Assembly (NCBI GenBank): GCA_033852015.1
Contig: JAWSVH010000116.1
Span: 2,356-66,355, forward strand
Origin: Desulfobacula sp.
GTDB taxonomy: Bacteria > Desulfobacterota > Desulfobacteria > Desulfobacterales > Desulfobacteraceae
Direction: 5' to 3'
Length of the DNA stretch: 64,000 nt
Shown: positions 59,207-64,000 of the stretch, piece by piece
Numbering within the stretch: the stretch's first letter is position 1
Layout of the letters: every line of letters starts with the position of its first letter
The notes under the pieces: generated by a model
Seen by the model: only the letters and a program-made list of their open reading frames with translations
Told to the model about the DNA's origin: nothing
The model's database searches: none
Position numbers and translations under genes: made by a program

Positions 59207-60197
59207 TAAAAATTACAAAATAAAATAATAGCTCTGCAAACATTTTAGAGAACACAATATTGAGATTTAGCTGCTCATTAAAATATTGAGTTGCCATGGA
59301 AGAAACAAAACCTGAAACAATCACAATTGACAAATATTTTAGACCAATGATGAATATTTTCTCTTTTGAGTGGAACACAAATCTTTTTAAAAGAATAAAA
59401 TTTACAAAAAGAGCTATCAGTCGTGCTATATAGGTACACAAAAAAATCTTTGGAGAAATGGCATAGCTGGTAAAAAAAACGGCATAATCGACAGCTGCTG
59501 TTGCCAAGGAAGCCAGAATATAACGGAACATAACAAAATAAATTTTGGCTGAATCTACAATTGGATTGAATGAAGATGCTGCATTATCATTTTCATAAAT
59601 CGTATCCACTTCAATTTCTTCAAATTGATACCCATTTTTTTTTGCAACCATCAGCATTTCTATTTCAAATTCATATCGGCTAAATCGAATATCCAATAAT
59701 TCAGGCAACAAAGAATTCGGGATAGCTCTCAATCCACTTTGAGTATCACTTAACTTGATCCTAAAAAAGAGCTGCATGATCATCCGGGTCATTTTATTAC
59801 CAAAATGACTTCGCAAAGGAACGTTAGAATCAAATGTCCGACTTCCAATGGTCAGGTTTTGGGGCCCGGATTCCAAGGCCTGCGCGGTTGCAAGGATATC
59901 CTTCATAGAATGCTGTCCATCTGCATCTGCAGTGACAACACCTATGCAATTCTCTATATTTTCTAATACGTATGAAAATCCAGTTTTAAGAGCGGCACCT
60001 TTACCCTGATTATGCCCATGCTCTATAATCTTAATGTTCTCAATCTTAGCCAACTGCTCAAAGATAGCATCATACACAGGGCCGCTTCCGTCGTTAATCA
60101 CCAGAATCTGGCTGAAAACATCTTTGGGAAGTTTTTTTAAAAGCGGTACAATTATTTCTTCGGGATTATATGCTGGAACCAGTAATACTTTATTCAT
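59169..60197 (-). CDS. Bifunctional GT2 (GtrB/polyprenol-phosphate glycosyltransferase-like) + GtrA-like membrane domain protein
   Basis: LVPAYNPEE, VINDGS, TADADGQH, then 4 TM helices ending ..FVFKRK as in GtrA-family proteins. Confidence 0.88.
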   Translation of the reverse strand: MNKVLLVPAYNPEEIIVPLLKKLPKDVFSQILVINDGSGPVYDAIFEQLAKIENIKIIEHGHNQGKGAALKTGFSYVLENIENCIGVVTADADGQHSMKDILATAQALESGPQNLTIGSRTFDSNVPLRSHFGNKMTRMIMQLFFRIKLSDTQSGLRAIPNSLLPELLDIRFSRYEFEIEMLMVAKKNGYQFEEIEVDTIYENDNAASSFNPIVDSAKIYFVMFRYILASLATAAVDYAVFFTSYAISPKIFLCTYIARLIALFVNFILLKRFVFHSKEKIFIIGLKYLSIVIVSGFVSSMATQYFNEQLNLNIVFSKMFAELLFYFVIFIVQKEFVFKRKD

Positions 60198-60208
60198 ATA
60201 AACTCCTC

Positions 60209-62017
60209 TTAAAGAGGCACCCTTTCAAGTAAATGTTTTTTTATAAGACTATTTTCAAGATTATCGCTGCGAACTCGCAACAAAGTCACTGGATTCATCT
60301 CAATTTTTTTATCCATATAAGATTCTAACCACTCAAAAATATTGGGAGCAGGATTATAAAAGATAATATAATCATGCTGCCGGACATACTCTATCAAAGC
60401 AACTCCATTTTCAAATATTCTTGGACTATAATCCACTTTATTGGGCAGAAGATAAAATAAAAACTGCAGATTGGCAAGATTATCTCTTTTTTTTGTTACA
60501 ATCCCAATAGAATAAATGTCTTTATTGATTTTACTGGCAATCTGTTGTGATACTTTTTGGATATGGACATCCTGCTTTTCTCTATGCAAATAAACCTCTG
60601 CTCGTGAAGCAGACAAGACCAGAAGAACAATGACTATGATAGAGATACAAACCCTGCGGCTTATTTCCCGTCTAACAAAAACAACACGATGAACAAAACT
60701 GAGCACAACAATAAAGACTATAGGAGAAAACACAATATTCAGGTACCGGGAAAATCCCAAGGTTTCTTGAGAAGAAGTTCCAACACCAAAAATTATGATC
60801 TGCATACAATATAATAAAAACAGATAAAGCAAAAAGGAGAGCAAAAGCATTCCGGAAAACAAAAAGAATCTTACGTTATTTTTTTGAAAATTCTCTTTAA
60901 ATATTTTATACCCTAAAAAGGCAATGATACTATACCAGAGCACATAAGGAAGGTTTAACCGGTCTGCCGATCCAATAAAGATATCTTTTGCAAAAATTAT
61001 AAATCCATTCTGAACCTGTTTATCCGTAAAAATATACAACGTTTTTTTAACCGATTCCAAGTTAATCGCATTATGAAACTGGACAAACTCCATGCCAGCA
61101 ACATGGCTGATCCAAAGTTTTTTAAGTACAAACACACAACCGCCAATCAGGAGAATAAGTGCTGCGGATTTAATCTTGTCATTCTTTTCCACATGGCGAT
61201 CCACCAGAACATCGCACAAAATAATTCCCAGAATAAGCAGCCCCAGAACAAATCCAATTTCTTTGATAAGAAAAAGAAAGCATATTGGCATGGACACCAC
61301 CAAAAGCCTGCTAAAAATATTTTTCTCGTTGTAATACATCCAAAAGGTTGAAAAACAGATGATAGACAGCAGGTAATCTACCTGGAGTTTGGTAAAAACA
61401 CTTCCGGCAAAAATAATCATCAACAAAACCAAAGCACAGAGATAACCGATTGATTTCTTGATGTTTTCTTTGTCCACAACAACAAATAATGCACTGATCA
61501 ATATAATATTCTGTGCGAAATAAGATGCATCCACACTATATTTTTGGGGGATTAAATAAAAAAGATAGTGAATAAGTGCTGTCCCGGGAGTATATGCCAG
61601 AATTCTTGAGTCCAGAGGGTTACCCGTTACCGGAAGGTGATCATAAATTGACAGGTATTTACCAATAATTCCCCAGTAAACATAATCGTCAATCACGGTA
61701 AAGGCCATATTAAGCGTCAAAAGAAAAGAGACTATCATTAAAGAGCCAAACACCCAGGCAAGTTTTTTTACAGCAATATTTTCTTTGGATTTGCTTTTAA
61801 AAAAAACAATCACGAAAAATATGGCAAACAGACCTCCTGCGACAATCAGGCCCCATGCTCCAGTCTTTAAACAACCTGACACCGCAAAAAGATACAGCAG
61901 AATACCAATGAACGAGACCGTAAACAACGGACTATACGATAGTTTGATCCCAAGCCAGTGATGAACAGCAAAAACCAACCCCAAAAAACACAATACTGTA
62001 AAAAAAAGACCAACCAT
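60209..62017 (-). CDS. Large polytopic membrane protein, probable GT-C-type (ArnT/GtrC-like) glycosyltransferase
   Basis: 602 aa, at least 12 hydrophobic segments plus a C-terminal soluble ~120 aa. Directly upstream of the GT2-GtrA fusion. The function is inferred from context only. Confidence 0.7.
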   Translation of the reverse strand: MVGLFFTVLCFLGLVFAVHHWLGIKLSYSPLFTVSFIGILLYLFAVSGCLKTGAWGLIVAGGLFAIFFVIVFFKSKSKENIAVKKLAWVFGSLMIVSFLLTLNMAFTVIDDYVYWGIIGKYLSIYDHLPVTGNPLDSRILAYTPGTALIHYLFYLIPQKYSVDASYFAQNIILISALFVVVDKENIKKSIGYLCALVLLMIIFAGSVFTKLQVDYLLSIICFSTFWMYYNEKNIFSRLLVVSMPICFLFLIKEIGFVLGLLILGIILCDVLVDRHVEKNDKIKSAALILLIGGCVFVLKKLWISHVAGMEFVQFHNAINLESVKKTLYIFTDKQVQNGFIIFAKDIFIGSADRLNLPYVLWYSIIAFLGYKIFKENFQKNNVRFFLFSGMLLLSFLLYLFLLYCMQIIIFGVGTSSQETLGFSRYLNIVFSPIVFIVVLSFVHRVVFVRREISRRVCISIIVIVLLVLSASRAEVYLHREKQDVHIQKVSQQIASKINKDIYSIGIVTKKRDNLANLQFLFYLLPNKVDYSPRIFENGVALIEYVRQHDYIIFYNPAPNIFEWLESYMDKKIEMNPVTLLRVRSDNLENSLIKKHLLERVPL

Positions 62018-62021
62018 ATCT

Positions 62022-62813
62022 CTACTTTTCTGGAAATTTTGTATTTAAAAATGAATCCAGGCCCTTTTGCTTTAAATGTAATTTGGCATATTTATAAAAC
62101 GTGCCTTCAAAGTTACCAAAAGCAATCATAAATCCGGGCCACCCATCTAAAAAACCCAGTTTGAATACATACATGGTAAATGCCGCCCAGAATCCATGGG
62201 TTATGGCCGTGAACATACCGGCTGTTTTCTTTGCTTTAAAAAGTTTTGTGGCCCCAAGCGTAGAGTATCGATTGGCTTTATGAATAAGCTCTTCAAGATT
62301 TTTAAACGGAACCTGATTGATAAATGCCTTAAAATACCCACACTCTTTTTTGCTGATCACTTCATAGCGTTCATGAACCGCATCATGCTTAAACTTTAAT
62401 GCGCCTTTTTTAAACAATTGTGGCTGCCGAAAGTCTGGATAAAACCCAGAACGTTTTATCCACTTACCCATAAAATAATTTCTTCTCGGAACATAATAGG
62501 CATCCAGGCTGTCTTTGGCATTTATAATACTCAACATTTCTTCTTTGGCCTGCACAGTGCATCGCTCATCTGAATCCAGACTGAATATCCAGTCATGGCT
62601 GCATGCTGAAATGGCTTCATTTCTCAATTGTCCAAAACCATTAAAAGGAATTTGAACAACCTTTGCACCATACTTTTGTGCTATTTTTGCTGTATTGTCT
62701 GTACTGGCAGAATCCGCCACAATAATTTCGTCTGCCCATTGGACACTTTCAAGGGCGGCACCAATTTTATCTTCTTCATTAAACGTAATAATATAAACAG
62801 ATAATTTATTCAT
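62022..62813 (-). CDS. Glycosyltransferase family 2 (LPS core, WaaE/KdtX-like)
   Basis: LSVYIITFNEEDKIGAALESV.WADEIIVADSASTDNT, ..SLDSDE... Confidence 0.88.
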   Translation of the reverse strand: MNKLSVYIITFNEEDKIGAALESVQWADEIIVADSASTDNTAKIAQKYGAKVVQIPFNGFGQLRNEAISACSHDWIFSLDSDERCTVQAKEEMLSIINAKDSLDAYYVPRRNYFMGKWIKRSGFYPDFRQPQLFKKGALKFKHDAVHERYEVISKKECGYFKAFINQVPFKNLEELIHKANRYSTLGATKLFKAKKTAGMFTAITHGFWAAFTMYVFKLGFLDGWPGFMIAFGNFEGTFYKYAKLHLKQKGLDSFLNTKFPEK

Positions 62814-63597
62814 TTTGTTTTATTCCTGCCTCGCAATAATAATTGTCCGATGACATGGCTTGTTCAAGGAGTTGATCATTTTGTTCAATGGATTTTCGAG
62901 TATTTTCTTTGTGCCAGAGATGATAACAAATGGCCCGGAAAGGATGTTCTTTTCTCTTAATTCCATATTTATACAACCGGACAACAATTTCTGAGTCCTC
63001 TCGCCCCCATCCTTTAAATGCTTCGTTAAACCCATTCACAGCCAGCAAATCATCTTTAAAAAATCCCATGTTACATCCCCGGATACCAGACAATTTAACA
63101 GTGGTAAAAGCTGGGAAAAAAGGAATTCTAATAATATGATGCGCATTTGAAACCGCCGAGGTCACCGCATGCTTTAACAACCGAATGGTAGAGTTTGTAT
63201 CAAAACAGGTAAACGTATCGCTGGCTTTTTGACTGACAATCACCCTTTTGCCCTGAAAGAAAAAACCTTTTTGGGCCAAAAACAGATGATCCTGAACATA
63301 GTGATTTTGAGGGATACAATCCCCATCCAGAAACACCAGATAATCAGATGAAGATTTAAGGATCGCCTTGTTACGTATCCTGGCCAGTTGGAAACCATCG
63401 TCTTTCTGCCAGACATGTTTTATCTGAACCTTATTGTTTTTCAAATAAGGCAAAAGCATGGTTTTTGTTTCATCGGAAGAACCATCATCGGCAACAATGA
63501 TTTCATCAGGAAGTCGGTTCTGAGCCAAAAGACCATCCAAAACTTTTTTGAGCGTATCCGGTCGATTATACGTGGAAACAATAACGGATATTTTCAT
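62806..63597 (-). CDS. Glycosyltransferase family 2
   Basis: ISVIVSTYNRPDTLKKVLDGL, ADDGSSDET, FLDGDCIP, and a C-terminal GWGREDSE motif as in GT2 enzymes with a galactosyltransferase-like C-domain. Confidence 0.85.
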   Translation of the reverse strand: MKISVIVSTYNRPDTLKKVLDGLLAQNRLPDEIIVADDGSSDETKTMLLPYLKNNKVQIKHVWQKDDGFQLARIRNKAILKSSSDYLVFLDGDCIPQNHYVQDHLFLAQKGFFFQGKRVIVSQKASDTFTCFDTNSTIRLLKHAVTSAVSNAHHIIRIPFFPAFTTVKLSGIRGCNMGFFKDDLLAVNGFNEAFKGWGREDSEIVVRLYKYGIKRKEHPFRAICYHLWHKENTRKSIEQNDQLLEQAMSSDNYYCEAGIKQNE

Positions 63598-64000
63598 ATC
63601 TTGCTTGCCTTGACATTGATGATATTAAGAACCTTTTCAACACTGATATTATTCATACATTTAAAATGATCGCAGGGATATTTTGCGTAACACGGAGAAC
63701 AATCCAGTTTTTCCTGAATCACGGTATGAATAGAGCCGTAAGGGCCCGTACGAATGGGGTTAGCCGGACCAAAAATAGCAAATACCGGGATATTTAAAGC
63801 TGCAGCAATATGCATGGGACCTGTGTCATTGCAAACAAAAAATGATGCTTTTTCAATCAGGGCAACCAGATCTTTAAGTCCTGTTTTCCCCGCAATAGAG
63901 ATGGCTTTTCCATTACTGCTGGCAACCACCTGTTGGGCAATATCTGCTTCGGCACGACTTGCAATCACCACTGTGGGCAAATCTAACTGGACTGCAAGCT
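63594..64000 (-). CDS. Glycosyltransferase family 9 (LPS heptosyltransferase), C-terminal part; the gene starts beyond the window end
   Basis: ..FVCNDTGPMHIAAALNIPVFAIFGPANPIRTGPYG.. is the GT9 signature. The frame stays open to position 64000 (the track 'M' is a TTG). Confidence 0.85.
   Translation of the reverse strand, partial: LAVQLDLPTVVIASRAEADIAQQVVASSNGKAISIAGKTGLKDLVALIEKASFFVCNDTGPMHIAAALNIPVFAIFGPANPIRTGPYGSIHTVIQEKLDCSPCYAKYPCDHFKCMNNISVEKVLNIINVKASKI

Overview
AT-rich bacterial chromosomal segment (roughly 38-40% GC by eye), densely coding, with no rRNA, CRISPR array, transposase or integrase that I can see. The gene content (Tat-signal hybrid cluster protein, SelB, 2-oxoacid:ferredoxin oxidoreductase, three 4-hydroxybutyryl-CoA dehydratase-family paralogs, NrfD-like membrane protein, radical SAM enzymes) fits an anaerobic Gram-negative bacterium, perhaps a Desulfobacterales-like sulfate reducer; that taxonomic guess is inference only. 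Layout: (1) 1-4930, tripartite RND efflux operon whose outer-membrane component carries an extra N-terminal periplasmic-binding-protein-like domain. (2) 5.8-13.5 kb, signalling and unknown genes: Sel1-repeat protein, MinD/ParA-like ATPase, zinc-ribbon PilZ, PP2C phosphatase, a 596-aa protein with remote GlpX-like motifs, OsmC. (3) 13.8-16.3 kb, two-gene 2-oxoacid:ferredoxin oxidoreductase. (4) 17-36.5 kb, an acyl-CoA catabolic supercluster: ACAD10/11-type kinase, 3 AbfD-family genes, 2 hbd, crotonase, thiolase, SDR, EtfBA, 604-aa ACAD, 3 TetR regulators, histidine phosphatase, ABM protein. Four of its promoters carry the same ~38-bp palindromic element. (5) 36.7-43.3 kb, Tat-signal Hcp with a perfect FNR-type box, a STAND NTPase with a C-terminal SARP/BTAD output, and an orphan NrfD-like protein. 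(6) 45.8-53 kb, housekeeping genes: tRNA-Arg, tRNA-His, mtgA, cyclophilin-FKBP fusion, selB, hemW, a radical SAM protein with CX4CX2C spacing. (7) 53.2-64 kb, LPS inner-core cluster: aminotransferase + Fe-ADH-like + kdsB (resembling the Shewanella Kdo8N trio), GT4, methyltransferases, a GT2-GtrA fusion plus a large polytopic protein, two GT2s and a GT9 heptosyltransferase cut by the window edge. The strongest leads are the shared promoter/operator element and the 4-hydroxyacyl-CoA catabolism hypothesis it supports, the apparently periplasmic Hcp next to the orphan NrfD, and the Kdo8N-like trio. All homology calls come from motif recognition by eye; no database search was run.
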